The translations under genes were made by a program, and so were the position numbers. Under the pieces are notes generated by a model. It saw nothing but the letters and a program-made list of their open reading frames with translations. It was not told where the DNA came from and made no database searches. A stretch of DNA of 64,000 nucleotides from an uncultured Smithella sp. GTDB lineage: Bacteria; Desulfobacterota; Syntrophia; Syntrophales; Smithellaceae. How positions within the stretch are numbered: the stretch's first letter is position 1; every line of letters starts with the position of its first letter. The DNA lies in the NCBI GenBank assembly GCA_964469905.1, contig CAYXZW010000006.1, positions 23,107 through 87,106 on the forward strand, written 5' to 3'. Shown here in pieces: positions 1 through 9,581 of the stretch.

Positions 1-1
1 A

Positions 2-382
2 CAATTCATTAGTGTGGAAACCTTGATTGAAAAGTTGAGGACAATTGTCACCGACTACAAATTAAAAAATAAAAAAGTCGCTGTTTGGGGTGCCGGCCAT
101 CGTACCCTGGCATTATTGGCATTGAGCAAGCTGAACGACATTTCGTATGTTATTGATTCCGCAAAGTTCAAGCAAGGAAAATTCACACCGGTTTTGCATT
201 TGAGTATCGTATCGCCAGAACGATTGAAAGAGGAAATAGTTGATTTGGTAATTGTCATGGTTCCCGGACTCTACCCTGGCGAGGTGTTGAAGATGCTGGA
301 GAATATGGACCTGCCTGCTGATATTGCAGTGCTTAGGAACAATAATATTGAGTTTTTGAAAAAAAATGCCATGGGAGTATAG
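2..382 (+). CDS. sugar C-methyltransferase, C-terminal domain only (gene starts upstream of window)
   Basis: The frame is open from base 2 with no upstream stop. KKVAVWGAGHRTLALL...YVIDSAKFKQGKFTP...DLVIVMVP matches the C-terminal domain pattern of TylC3-type NDP-hexose C-methyltransferases. Confidence 0.6.
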   Translation, partial: QFISVETLIEKLRTIVTDYKLKNKKVAVWGAGHRTLALLALSKLNDISYVIDSAKFKQGKFTPVLHLSIVSPERLKEEIVDLVIVMVPGLYPGEVLKMLENMDLPADIAVLRNNNIEFLKKNAMGV

Positions 383-384
383 CC

Positions 385-1401
385 ATGAAAGCAAAGATCA
401 TCGCAAGAGTTTTCAATTCGGAAAAAACACAATTAGAAAACGTTGTGCCTTTAGATACGCCATACTCAGTGCATATCGATATCTGCAGTATTTGCAACTT
501 CAAATGCAATTTCTGTTTTCAGTCGGACCCGGAATCGATGAGTAAAAAGGGTTATAAGTTCGGCATGATGAGTTTTGATCTGTTCAAGAAAATCACCGAC
601 GACCTCAAAGCGTTTAAACATAAAATGCGAAAAGTGAAGATCGGATTACACGGTGAGCCGACACTTCACAAAGAACTGCCGAAGATGATCAGTTATATGA
701 AATCGCAAAACGTCACCGAGGTAATCGAGTTGTTTACAAACGCCTCCCGTTTCAATCCGAAGTTGAATAAAGAACTGATCGATGCGGGACTGGACAGAGT
801 CAACATGTCGATCGAAGGGCTCAGCACCGAAAAATATCAGGAAGTGACCGGCGTGGCAGTCGATATGGAAAGATTTGTTGCCAATATCAGAAACCTCTAC
901 GAGAACCGCAAGGATTGCATAATCTATATCAAGATCGTTGATATCAACCTGAGCACTGAAGACCGGGATAAATTTTTTGCCACCTTCGGTGATATCTGTG
1001 ACGAGATATTCGTTGAAAATGTCGTTCCCCAGTGGGCGGAAATAAACAAGTTTGATGTCGATACGACAGGCATGTACGGCCAGAAGGTCGACAGGTACAA
1101 GGAAGTCTGCCCGTTCCCGTTTATGTACCTGCACTTTAATTTTGACGGAACAACCAGCCCTTGCACACTGGACTGGGGCAAGGAAGTCTTAATCGGCAAT
1201 GTCCAGAATGAAAGTGCTTTAGAGATATGGCAGGGGAAAAATCTTTATGACCTGCAAATGAAGATGTTGAAAAAAAAACGCGACGATATCCGTTTTTGTA
1301 ATAAATGCCTTGCGCCGGTGGTCTGTTGCCTGGAAAACCTGGACGACCATGCCGCAAAATTGATAAATAAGATCAACCATCAGAGGAATCAAATGAAATG
1401 A
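385..1401 (+). CDS. radical SAM enzyme with SPASM/twitch-like C-terminal Cys cluster
   Basis: CNFKCNFC (CxxxCxxC) near the N-terminus. Cys-rich tail CPFPF...SPCTLDW...FCNKCLAPVVCC. Tightly packed with flanking genes. Confidence 0.8.
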   Translation: MKAKIIARVFNSEKTQLENVVPLDTPYSVHIDICSICNFKCNFCFQSDPESMSKKGYKFGMMSFDLFKKITDDLKAFKHKMRKVKIGLHGEPTLHKELPKMISYMKSQNVTEVIELFTNASRFNPKLNKELIDAGLDRVNMSIEGLSTEKYQEVTGVAVDMERFVANIRNLYENRKDCIIYIKIVDINLSTEDRDKFFATFGDICDEIFVENVVPQWAEINKFDVDTTGMYGQKVDRYKEVCPFPFMYLHFNFDGTTSPCTLDWGKEVLIGNVQNESALEIWQGKNLYDLQMKMLKKKRDDIRFCNKCLAPVVCCLENLDDHAAKLINKINHQRNQMK

Positions 1402-2249
1402 ACATGCTAATTACCGGAACCAACGGATTCGTCGGCCGGAATTTAAAAGAATATTTTCAAGAGCGCTATACCGATGTCTGCTGCCCGAAACGGCAGGAAT
1501 TAAATTTACTTGATTCTTCAGCTGTCTCCGCATACCTGTCCCGGTGTAACTTCGATATCATTATTCACTGCGCGATAACAACGACCTCCGTCGAACAGAA
1601 TTTAAAAATGTACTTCAATATCGAGAAAAATTCCGGTGATTTTGGAAAAATGTATTCCATCGGCTCCGGCGCGGAATATGACATGAATCACTATATTCCC
1701 AAAATGAAAGAGGAGTATTTTGGCAAACATATTCCCGACGACATTTATGGATTTTCAAAGTACATCATCGCGAAAGATATTGAAAGTAAGCCGAGAAACA
1801 TAATCAATCTTCGTCTGTTCGGTATCTACGGTAAATACGAAAACTACAAACGCAGGTTTATTTCCAATAACATATGCAGAGCTTTGTGCAATCTCGATAT
1901 CTCCATTAATCAAAATATGTTGTTTGACTATCTGCACGTGGATGATTTTTCAAGAATCGTGGAAATGTTCATTCAACATAACGCCCAAAAGCCCAGCTAC
2001 AATATTTGTACAGGCAAGACCATCGACCTTTTAACGCTTGCTCAAATCATCCAGAAAGTTGACGGAAGAGGATTGCCGATTACAGTAAAAGAAAAGGGCT
2101 TTAAAACTGAATATACAGGCGATAACGCCATTTTTATGCAGGAATACGGCAAGTTTGATTTTACGCCGCACGAAAAATCCATCGATGATTTGTATCACTG
2201 GTATAAAGATCCGGGCAATATAGTACTCAATGTAAAGGAATTAATTTAG
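1398..2249 (+). CDS. NAD(P)-dependent SDR epimerase/reductase (sugar-nucleotide tailoring)
   Basis: ITGTNGFVGRNL Rossmann motif and YIIAK (YxxxK). ATGA overlap with the upstream gene. Clear paralog of the next gene. Confidence 0.75.
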   Translation: MNMLITGTNGFVGRNLKEYFQERYTDVCCPKRQELNLLDSSAVSAYLSRCNFDIIIHCAITTTSVEQNLKMYFNIEKNSGDFGKMYSIGSGAEYDMNHYIPKMKEEYFGKHIPDDIYGFSKYIIAKDIESKPRNIINLRLFGIYGKYENYKRRFISNNICRALCNLDISINQNMLFDYLHVDDFSRIVEMFIQHNAQKPSYNICTGKTIDLLTLAQIIQKVDGRGLPITVKEKGFKTEYTGDNAIFMQEYGKFDFTPHEKSIDDLYHWYKDPGNIVLNVKELI

Positions 2250-3182
2250 ATGAGCATTTTAATAACAGGCGCGGAAGGATTTGTTGGCCGCAATCTGGCC
2301 GAGTTATTTTTAGATAAAAAATACCATGTCTTGTCACCGACGAGAGATGAACTTGATCTTACCAATTTTGACAGTGTGGGGCACTATTTAAAAAGCAACC
2401 CCGTCGAAACCATTATCCATTGCGCTACGACCTTAAGAGAAGGCACTCTTTATCCACCCAATACATGTCAAAACAATTTGCGCATGTTTTTCAATCTGCA
2501 ACAGCACATGACGCCTGCCATGAAAATCATCAACCTGGGCAGCGGGTCCGAGTATGACCGAAAATTCTGGCATAAAAAAATGCCGGAAGATTTTTTCGGT
2601 GCTCATATCCCCGAAGACGAACATAGCTACGCAAAATACCTGATATCAAAATATATCAGCGACACGGATAACGAGAATTTAATTTGTCTGAGAATATTTG
2701 GCATATTTGGCAAGTATGAAGATTATCGATACAAATTCATATCGAACGCCATCGTAAAGAATCTCCTTAAAATGCCCATCGTCATCAATCAGAATGTTGT
2801 TTATGATTACATATGCATCAATGACTATTTTCGCATCGTTGAATTTTTCGTAAAGAATAAGACAAAATACAGGATATTTAACGTTACGCCAACCGAATCC
2901 ATTGATTTGCTGACGATTGCCGCATACATTAATAAAATCAGCCAATATAAGAGCGACGTCCATGTATTAAATCAAGGAATTGGCGTTGAATACTCAGGAA
3001 ACAACGCAAAGTTGCTCTCCGAGATCGGGAATTTTCAATTTACACCCTATGAGCTTTCCATCAGGGATTTATACGAATATTATAAAGAAAGGGTGAATTC
3101 TTTGGACGCCGAAGCCGTTAAGGAAGATGAATATCTGGGCTATGCCAAGAAGCTTCATCAAGAATATTTCAAAAAACAATAA
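2250..3182 (+). CDS. NAD(P)-dependent SDR epimerase/reductase, paralog of 1398-2249
   Basis: ITGAEGFVGRNL and YLISK (YxxxK). Colinear similarity to the preceding protein (IIHCA, GSGxEYD, LRxFGIxGKYExY, FTPxExSIxDLY). Confidence 0.75.
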   Translation: MSILITGAEGFVGRNLAELFLDKKYHVLSPTRDELDLTNFDSVGHYLKSNPVETIIHCATTLREGTLYPPNTCQNNLRMFFNLQQHMTPAMKIINLGSGSEYDRKFWHKKMPEDFFGAHIPEDEHSYAKYLISKYISDTDNENLICLRIFGIFGKYEDYRYKFISNAIVKNLLKMPIVINQNVVYDYICINDYFRIVEFFVKNKTKYRIFNVTPTESIDLLTIAAYINKISQYKSDVHVLNQGIGVEYSGNNAKLLSEIGNFQFTPYELSIRDLYEYYKERVNSLDAEAVKEDEYLGYAKKLHQEYFKKQ

Positions 3183-3192
3183 GGATCTATCC

Positions 3193-4125
3193 ATGATGTT
3201 CTCAGACAAAAAAAACGAATATAAAAACGGCCGGATCGATAAACATAGATACATGGAAGACATGTTTCATGTTCACAAGCATTTATTTGAGTATCCGTCG
3301 TTTATGAACGATTCACCCGTCTCCAAAATTGAAATCACCAAAGAACAGGTCATATTTACCATCGACAATGATGGTGACATTATCACGCTTTGCTGTGATG
3401 GGAGAGACGCATATTCTCTACCGATGATCTTCCTTAATCTTTCGGAAACGGAAACAAAAGAACAGTCCATGATTCTGAAACTGATAAAATCGGGAGATGT
3501 TGTCCTGGATATAGGCGCGAATATCGGGTGGTATACGATCAGTGTTCTTCTCAAATGCAAGGGGGCAGTAGTATATTCTTTTGAACCAATCAAATCATCG
3601 TTCCACTATCTGCAACAAAATCTTAAACTGAATAATTTAAATTTAGATCATGCCTATAATATTGGTTTTTCCGATGAAAGCAAAATTGTCAAATTCTACT
3701 TTGATATAGAATTTGCTATGGCTTCATCCATGGCAAATCTCAGAGAAGACGAAAACACTGTATCAGAAGAATGTGAAGTAAAAAAACTGGATGACTTTGT
3801 GTCGTCTACACCATCCATTAAAAAGATAGATTTTATCAAATGCGATGTGGAAGGAGCAGAGCTATTTGTTTTCCAGGGTGGAATCGAAACAATAAAAAAG
3901 GATAATCCGATTATTTTTACCGAAATGCTCAGAAAATGGGCAGGCAAATTTAATTATCACCCCAATGAAATCATTTCGTTTATGTCAAAACTCGGTTATC
4001 AATGCTTTACAACTGACGGACAACATTTATTTCCCTTTTCCTTAATGGATGATAATACTGAAGAAACCAATTATTTCTTTCTCCATGAATATAAGCATGG
4101 CGATATTATAAAATCATACAAATAA
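3193..4125 (+). CDS. FkbM-family methyltransferase
   Basis: [16 protein letters not shown] and [12 protein letters not shown] motifs. Start moved to ATG 3193 (AAGGA Shine-Dalgarno 6 nt upstream), because the ORF-track start at 3127 overlaps the previous gene by 56 nt. Confidence 0.8.
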   Translation: MMFSDKKNEYKNGRIDKHRYMEDMFHVHKHLFEYPSFMNDSPVSKIEITKEQVIFTIDNDGDIITLCCDGRDAYSLPMIFLNLSETETKEQSMILKLIKSGDVVLDIGANIGWYTISVLLKCKGAVVYSFEPIKSSFHYLQQNLKLNNLNLDHAYNIGFSDESKIVKFYFDIEFAMASSMANLREDENTVSEECEVKKLDDFVSSTPSIKKIDFIKCDVEGAELFVFQGGIETIKKDNPIIFTEMLRKWAGKFNYHPNEIISFMSKLGYQCFTTDGQHLFPFSLMDDNTEETNYFFLHEYKHGDIIKSYK

Positions 4126-4157
4126 TTTTTTCTTACCGAGCAAAGGACATTAAGCGT

Positions 4158-5222
4158 ATGCAAAAGAAAACATTGTTGGTCACCGGCTCTTCCGGCCTGA
4201 TCGGTTCCGCCGTCGTCGAGAATCTTCATAAAGACTTTGACAGGGTCTATGGACTGGATAACAATATGAGGGCTGTCTTCTTCGGCCCGCAGGGCGATAC
4301 TCGTTGGAACCAAAAAAGAATGGAATCTTCCATTCCTAACTATAGCCATATCGAAGCGGATATACGGGATCGGAAGAAAATTTTGTCAATCATAGAGGAC
4401 ATTCGCCCTTCCCTGCTGGTTCATACCGCAGCGCAGCCAAGTCACGACCTGGCTGCACAAATGCCTTTTGACGATTTTGACACGAATGCCGTTGGAACTC
4501 TCAATCTTCTGGAGGCTGTGCGACATCATACACCCGATGCCGTCTTTGTTCATATGTCAACCAACAAAGTCTATGGTGATGCCCCCAACAGGATTAAACT
4601 ACGGGAAATGGAAAGCCGGTGGGATTACGATGATCCGCATTTTGCTGACGGCATTGATGAAAGTTTCACCATTGATCAATCCAAGCATTCGTTGTTCGGC
4701 GCTTCCAAGGTGGCGGCAGATATTGTTGTTCAGGAATACGGCCGTTATTTTGGCTTACGATCCTGCTGCTTGCGGGGAGGTTGCTTAACGGGGCCTTCAC
4801 ACTCGGGTGTTGAACTGCACGGGTTCCTGAGCTATCTGATAAAATGCAATCTTGAAAAGATTAAATACAGCGTTTATGGTTACAAGGGGAAACAGGTACG
4901 CGACAACATCCACTCGTATGACGTTGCCCAATTTATCCGACAATTTTATGCAAATCCGCGTATTGCTGAAGTTTACAATATCGGCGGCGGCAGGGAAAAC
5001 TCTATTTCCATAATGGAAGCATTCAGCCGCATAGAGCGCCTCTCTGGCATTCCAATGATTCATGAATATCAGGAAAAGAACCGGGAAGGCGATCATATCT
5101 GCTATATCAGCAATTTGTCCAAGATGAAGATGCATTATCCAGGTTGGACAATTACTAAGAGCCTGGATGATACCTTTTGTGAAATTGCCGATGCATGGAA
5201 GCAGCGGATCGAAAACGCTTAG
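4158..5222 (+). CDS. SDR epimerase/dehydratase, CDP-paratose 2-epimerase-like
   Basis: [27 protein letters not shown] (YxxxK region), GKQVRDNIH and YNIGGG follow the tyvelose/paratose epimerase layout as I recall it. Confidence 0.6.
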   Translation: MQKKTLLVTGSSGLIGSAVVENLHKDFDRVYGLDNNMRAVFFGPQGDTRWNQKRMESSIPNYSHIEADIRDRKKILSIIEDIRPSLLVHTAAQPSHDLAAQMPFDDFDTNAVGTLNLLEAVRHHTPDAVFVHMSTNKVYGDAPNRIKLREMESRWDYDDPHFADGIDESFTIDQSKHSLFGASKVAADIVVQEYGRYFGLRSCCLRGGCLTGPSHSGVELHGFLSYLIKCNLEKIKYSVYGYKGKQVRDNIHSYDVAQFIRQFYANPRIAEVYNIGGGRENSISIMEAFSRIERLSGIPMIHEYQEKNREGDHICYISNLSKMKMHYPGWTITKSLDDTFCEIADAWKQRIENA

Positions 5223-5244
5223 CGCCAGACCTGGAGTGGACGAT

Positions 5245-6186
5245 ATGCCTAATTTTTCAGAAAACTCTAAAATTTATATTGCCGGTCATCGCGGTTTAGT
5301 TGGCGCCGCCATTTTGCGTCGCTTAATCAGCAATGGATTTAACAATGTCATTGTAAGAACAAGAGCTGAACTGGATTTGACTTCCAGAAAAGATGTCTGG
5401 GATTTCTTTGACAGCGAGAAACCTGAGTATGTCATCCTTGCTGCAGCAAAAGTAGGAGGCATTGCTGCCAATATGGCTGAGCCGGTGGATTTTCTGGTGA
5501 CTAACCTGGAAATTCAGAATAATATTTTGCTGGCCTGTCATCATTTTAAGGTCAAGAAAACCATGTTTCTCGGCAGTTCGTGCATTTATCCACGGGAAGC
5601 GCGGCAACCAATGCACGAGAGTTGTTTTATGGCCGGCCCGGTTGAACCAACAAATGAATCCTATGCAATTGCCAAAATTGCCGGCATTCGCCTTGCGCAG
5701 GCACTTCGTCAGCAATATGGACTTAATGTGATTTGCCCTATTCCCTGCAATGTATATGGTCAAGGCGATCATTTTGAGTTCGAGCGCTCGCATGTTGTAT
5801 CTGCCCTGGTAAGGCGTTTTGTCGAAGCGAAGAGGAATGATTCCCCAATAGTGACTCTATGGGGTACAGGCAACGCCCGCAGGGAATTATTACATGTGGA
5901 CGATTTGGCTGATGCGTGTCTATTTTTATTACAGAATTATGATTCAGCAGAGATAATTAATGTAGGTTCCGGTTATGATCTGACCATTCGCGAACTGGCT
6001 GAAAGAATAGCAAATATTGTGGAATATAAAGGTAGTCTGGATTGGGATATAACTAAGCCCGACGGGATGCCACAAAAATTATTAGATGTTGATAGATTAA
6101 ATAAACTCGGCTGGAAGTATCAAATTGATTTAGAAACAGGCATTAGAACCGTTGTGAAAGATTTTGAATCAATCTATCATCAATAG
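5245..6186 (+). CDS. fcl: GDP-L-fucose synthase family epimerase/reductase (Fcl; possibly a ColC-type GDP-colitose synthase)
   Basis: Colinear with E. coli Fcl: IAGHRGLVG, AAAKVGGI, LGSSCIYP, EPTNESYAIAKIAG, WGTGxxRRELLHVDD, KPDGMPQKLLDV. Start set at ATG 5245 after a GGAGTGGA SD; the ORF-track start at 5167 overlaps the previous gene. Confidence 0.85.
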   Translation: MPNFSENSKIYIAGHRGLVGAAILRRLISNGFNNVIVRTRAELDLTSRKDVWDFFDSEKPEYVILAAAKVGGIAANMAEPVDFLVTNLEIQNNILLACHHFKVKKTMFLGSSCIYPREARQPMHESCFMAGPVEPTNESYAIAKIAGIRLAQALRQQYGLNVICPIPCNVYGQGDHFEFERSHVVSALVRRFVEAKRNDSPIVTLWGTGNARRELLHVDDLADACLFLLQNYDSAEIINVGSGYDLTIRELAERIANIVEYKGSLDWDITKPDGMPQKLLDVDRLNKLGWKYQIDLETGIRTVVKDFESIYHQ

Positions 6187-6191
6187 AAAGG

Positions 6192-7472
6192 ATGAGTATC
6201 CCCATGAACTTAAAATACACTTATCAGTTACGTGAACCAGTTAAGGCTTTAATGAACGAATCGTCGAGAATCAACAGTTATAAAACGCAACAATACTGGT
6301 ATCCTCTCAGCATGGCCACATATGACTTTGAAGAAATATTGGCGGCAATTGACTCGTTATGTTCTTTTCGAACAACCATGTGGGAAAAGACCATTGAATT
6401 TGAACGGCAATTCGCACATGAAGTGGGCTGTCCGGAAGCCGTCATGGTCAACAGCGGATCGTCCGCCGATCTGCTGATTGCTTTCGCCTTAATCAATCCG
6501 GCCGTCAAACTGCTGAATCCGGGCGACGAAATTCTCGTGCCGTCCGTTACATGGCCCACTCAAATCTGGTCGCCCATGATGGCCGGTCTGAAAGTGCGGT
6601 TCGTTGATACGGACACCGAGACCCTCAATATGGACTTAAAAGATCTGGAGGCAAAAATCGGTCCGCGGACGCGCGCTATTTCGCTGGTTCATCTTATGGG
6701 CAACCCCTGCGATATGGATCGTGTTCTTTCTATTTGCGAAAAATACAATCTTATTTTAATTGAAGACTGTTGTGAAGCCCTCGGCTCCGCGTTTAAGGGC
6801 AAAGCCGTTGGCACATTCGGATTAGCAGGTAGTTTTTCGTTCTTTTTTTCCCATCACATTACCACCATGGAAGGAGGCATGATTATATGCAATGATCAGC
6901 AACTTTCGGATCTTTTTCGGCTGCTGCGCGCTCATGGCTGGGCGCGCAATGCGAAATACATCAAGCCGGACCCGGCCGAAAATCTTGATCCCCGGTACAT
7001 GTTTCTGAACTTGGGATTCAATGTGAGACCATCGGAGCTACAAGCAGGTTTCGGTCTTGAACAGCTAAGAAGATTGCCGGCGTTTCACGCACAACGTGTT
7101 GCCAATGTTACATACTTTCAAAGATATTTGAATAATCATTCAGAAATAATGCAGTTAATGAAAGTATTACCGGATGCAGATTGCTCATGGTTTGCGCTTC
7201 CCATCATGCTTACACCGGAATGCCCCTTCAAGAAACAGTTGTTATTAACATATCTTGAAGAACAAGGAGTAGAGACACGTCCCATTGTAGCTGGCAACTT
7301 GACAAAACAGCCGGCATGTAAATTATACCCTGAATTACAGGAGAACAATCTGCCTGGTTCCGACGCCATCCATGATCGTGGTTTTTATCTCGGGTTACAC
7401 CCATTTGAGGCGACAAAAAATCTGGACCGGCTGGCAGATATTTTTGAACAATTTATTCGGAGTCACACATGA
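6192..7472 (+). CDS. DegT/ColD-family PMP-dependent sugar 3-dehydratase-like enzyme
   Basis: Fold-type I sugar aminotransferase layout (VNSGSSADLL, IEDCCEALGS, LLRAHGW). The segment where the Schiff-base Lys normally sits reads SFFFSHHITTMEGG (His-His), as in ColD and E1/DdhC dehydratases. Confidence 0.65.
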   Translation: MSIPMNLKYTYQLREPVKALMNESSRINSYKTQQYWYPLSMATYDFEEILAAIDSLCSFRTTMWEKTIEFERQFAHEVGCPEAVMVNSGSSADLLIAFALINPAVKLLNPGDEILVPSVTWPTQIWSPMMAGLKVRFVDTDTETLNMDLKDLEAKIGPRTRAISLVHLMGNPCDMDRVLSICEKYNLILIEDCCEALGSAFKGKAVGTFGLAGSFSFFFSHHITTMEGGMIICNDQQLSDLFRLLRAHGWARNAKYIKPDPAENLDPRYMFLNLGFNVRPSELQAGFGLEQLRRLPAFHAQRVANVTYFQRYLNNHSEIMQLMKVLPDADCSWFALPIMLTPECPFKKQLLLTYLEEQGVETRPIVAGNLTKQPACKLYPELQENNLPGSDAIHDRGFYLGLHPFEATKNLDRLADIFEQFIRSHT

Positions 7473-9445
7473 TCACACTTAAAATATTGGGTGGCCTCGG
7501 CAATCAACTCTATGCTTTTGCCTGCGGATACAGCGTCGCAAAAAGCTTGAATCAGGAATTGGTGCTGGATGTAGCGGATTATTACAACGGCTACACCCAC
7601 CCCTATGCGCTGGACGCCTTAAATATTCCGGTCTGCAGGAAACTGACCTATACACATGCCTCGGAAAAAATGCTGACACCGGATGTCATTCCGGTGCAAA
7701 TCAAAGACACTTTTGATGTCATTGCCGATTTCGCGGATGGCATCACTGATCGAGAGACTCTTCTGCAGCGAATCGGAACGCACCGGAATATATACCTCAA
7801 CGGCTACTGGGCCAGTCATGATTTTTTTTCGGGCGACGAAGACGACATCCGCCGTATATTTTCTCCCCTTCATAAATCCGGTGAATACCGTTCATTTCTG
7901 GAAACCATCCGGGGACAATGCAGCATCGCCGTTCATATGCGCAGGACTGATTTTGTCGCTCTCGGAAACGTTTGCAGCGACGATTACTACAAAGCCGCCA
8001 TCGTTTACATGCAGTCTCTTTATCCCGACGCCATGTTCTATTTTTTTTCCGATGACATCGATTACGCCAGGCAGCAATTTGGAAATCAAAGGCGCTTTCG
8101 CTATATTCAGATATTCGGAGGGATGAACGCCAACCTGGATGAATTTTTCTGCATCTCGGCCTGCAATCACAGGATTCTGCACAAAGGCAGCAGCTTCAGC
8201 GAGTGGGCAAGTTTTTTAAGCAGCAATCCCGATAAAAAGGACATTGTTTATGTCCCACGGGACGGCCAGAGCCCTAAGGGGTTTGTCTGCCTGAATGATC
8301 GCCAAATCGCCGATCTCAAGGAAAACTATCAAACGACCCCCCGATTCACCATTCAGAACAACATCGAAGCCAGAACCAGCATCGACCGGATGCTGACAAA
8401 GGGGCAATACGAGACGATTCTGGACGTTATCGCCGACATCAGCATGGACGCATATTCCGTCTCTCGCGCAGATTGCATTTATTTTCTGGCAGACAAAGCC
8501 GTCGCCTACGCACAAACGGACCAACTACTTGCTGCCGAGCAGTGCCTGCACAAGCAGGCCCAGTATTCCCGTGATGACGAGAATTTTCACGCCAATTATT
8601 ATGTCGTATTAAAAGCGTTGGGCAAAAGCCGGGCCGCGTCTATCCACGCGGCCAGATGCGCCAATCTCACCCAAAGCGAAGCGTTGCGCATGGAGCTCAA
8701 TAAGTCTTTTACTGACGACTCTCCGGAATCACGAATATACGGGGTTATCCGTAACACACCACTGAAGCATTTTATCGTGACGCCGAACACGCCATGGTTC
8801 TATTACATCAAAACTCCCCAGTCCATCGCCGCCTGGCTGGCCCGGATGGGCCATACGGTATCTTATATTTTTCCGCCGTCCGTAAAAAACATCGATCCCG
8901 CTCCCTCCCCGGAACAAGTCGTTGATGCATGCCTTAAGGCAAAATCAGGCTGCGATACGCTTTACTCCTATGGTCTGGATTTATTTCCCTCCATCATCAA
9001 TAAAACAGCAACAGGTCAGTTGATACCTTATGTTGAACCATTAATAAAGCATTTAAGCCGCAGTGGCGCCGGAGAGCCGGTGGTCGTGTTCCGCCACCCT
9101 CATGCGGTTGGTGATAATCGGGAAAGAAAATATGCAAGATTTCTTTACTGGGATTTTCAGGATGACGCAGACAGCGAACGCACATTAGTCAACGCCTGGT
9201 CCGAGGACATGCGCGAATACATGTGCAGGCAAGCGGATCGCGTCATTGTGACGAATCGCACACTCTTTGAAAAAACACGGGCAGTCTGGCAATTGAATAA
9301 CGTCTATTTATTCGAGCATCAAGACGACGTTGATGCGCAACCATGCCGTTACCTGGAGGAACGGATCCCCTATTCGTCCAACTGCCTGGCCGACGATCGA
9401 ACCATTGAATTGGCCGCCTTTATCCTCGGGCTGTCCAATGAATAG
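7469..9445 (+). CDS. GT11 (alpha-1,2-fucosyltransferase family) glycosyltransferase fused to a ~370-aa C-terminal extension
   Basis: N-terminal LGGLGNQLYAFACGY and HMRRTDF are the GT11 signatures. The C-terminal part has helical repeat-like sequence and a GT-B half-domain-like stretch (HFIVTPNTPWFYY...AAWLARMGHTVSYI, ADRVIVTN). ATGA overlap with the upstream gene. Confidence 0.7.
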   Translation: MITLKILGGLGNQLYAFACGYSVAKSLNQELVLDVADYYNGYTHPYALDALNIPVCRKLTYTHASEKMLTPDVIPVQIKDTFDVIADFADGITDRETLLQRIGTHRNIYLNGYWASHDFFSGDEDDIRRIFSPLHKSGEYRSFLETIRGQCSIAVHMRRTDFVALGNVCSDDYYKAAIVYMQSLYPDAMFYFFSDDIDYARQQFGNQRRFRYIQIFGGMNANLDEFFCISACNHRILHKGSSFSEWASFLSSNPDKKDIVYVPRDGQSPKGFVCLNDRQIADLKENYQTTPRFTIQNNIEARTSIDRMLTKGQYETILDVIADISMDAYSVSRADCIYFLADKAVAYAQTDQLLAAEQCLHKQAQYSRDDENFHANYYVVLKALGKSRAASIHAARCANLTQSEALRMELNKSFTDDSPESRIYGVIRNTPLKHFIVTPNTPWFYYIKTPQSIAAWLARMGHTVSYIFPPSVKNIDPAPSPEQVVDACLKAKSGCDTLYSYGLDLFPSIINKTATGQLIPYVEPLIKHLSRSGAGEPVVVFRHPHAVGDNRERKYARFLYWDFQDDADSERTLVNAWSEDMREYMCRQADRVIVTNRTLFEKTRAVWQLNNVYLFEHQDDVDAQPCRYLEERIPYSSNCLADDRTIELAAFILGLSNE

Positions 9446-9581
9446 AAATCTAAGTACTTGCTCTGGTGATCATCAATCTGACGAAATTCGAATATGTTCG
9501 CTACGGCTACTTTACAAGTAATAAAGCAATATTCCGCAATTTTTACAACAAGACTTATGGTTAATATTAGGAGAGTAAACC

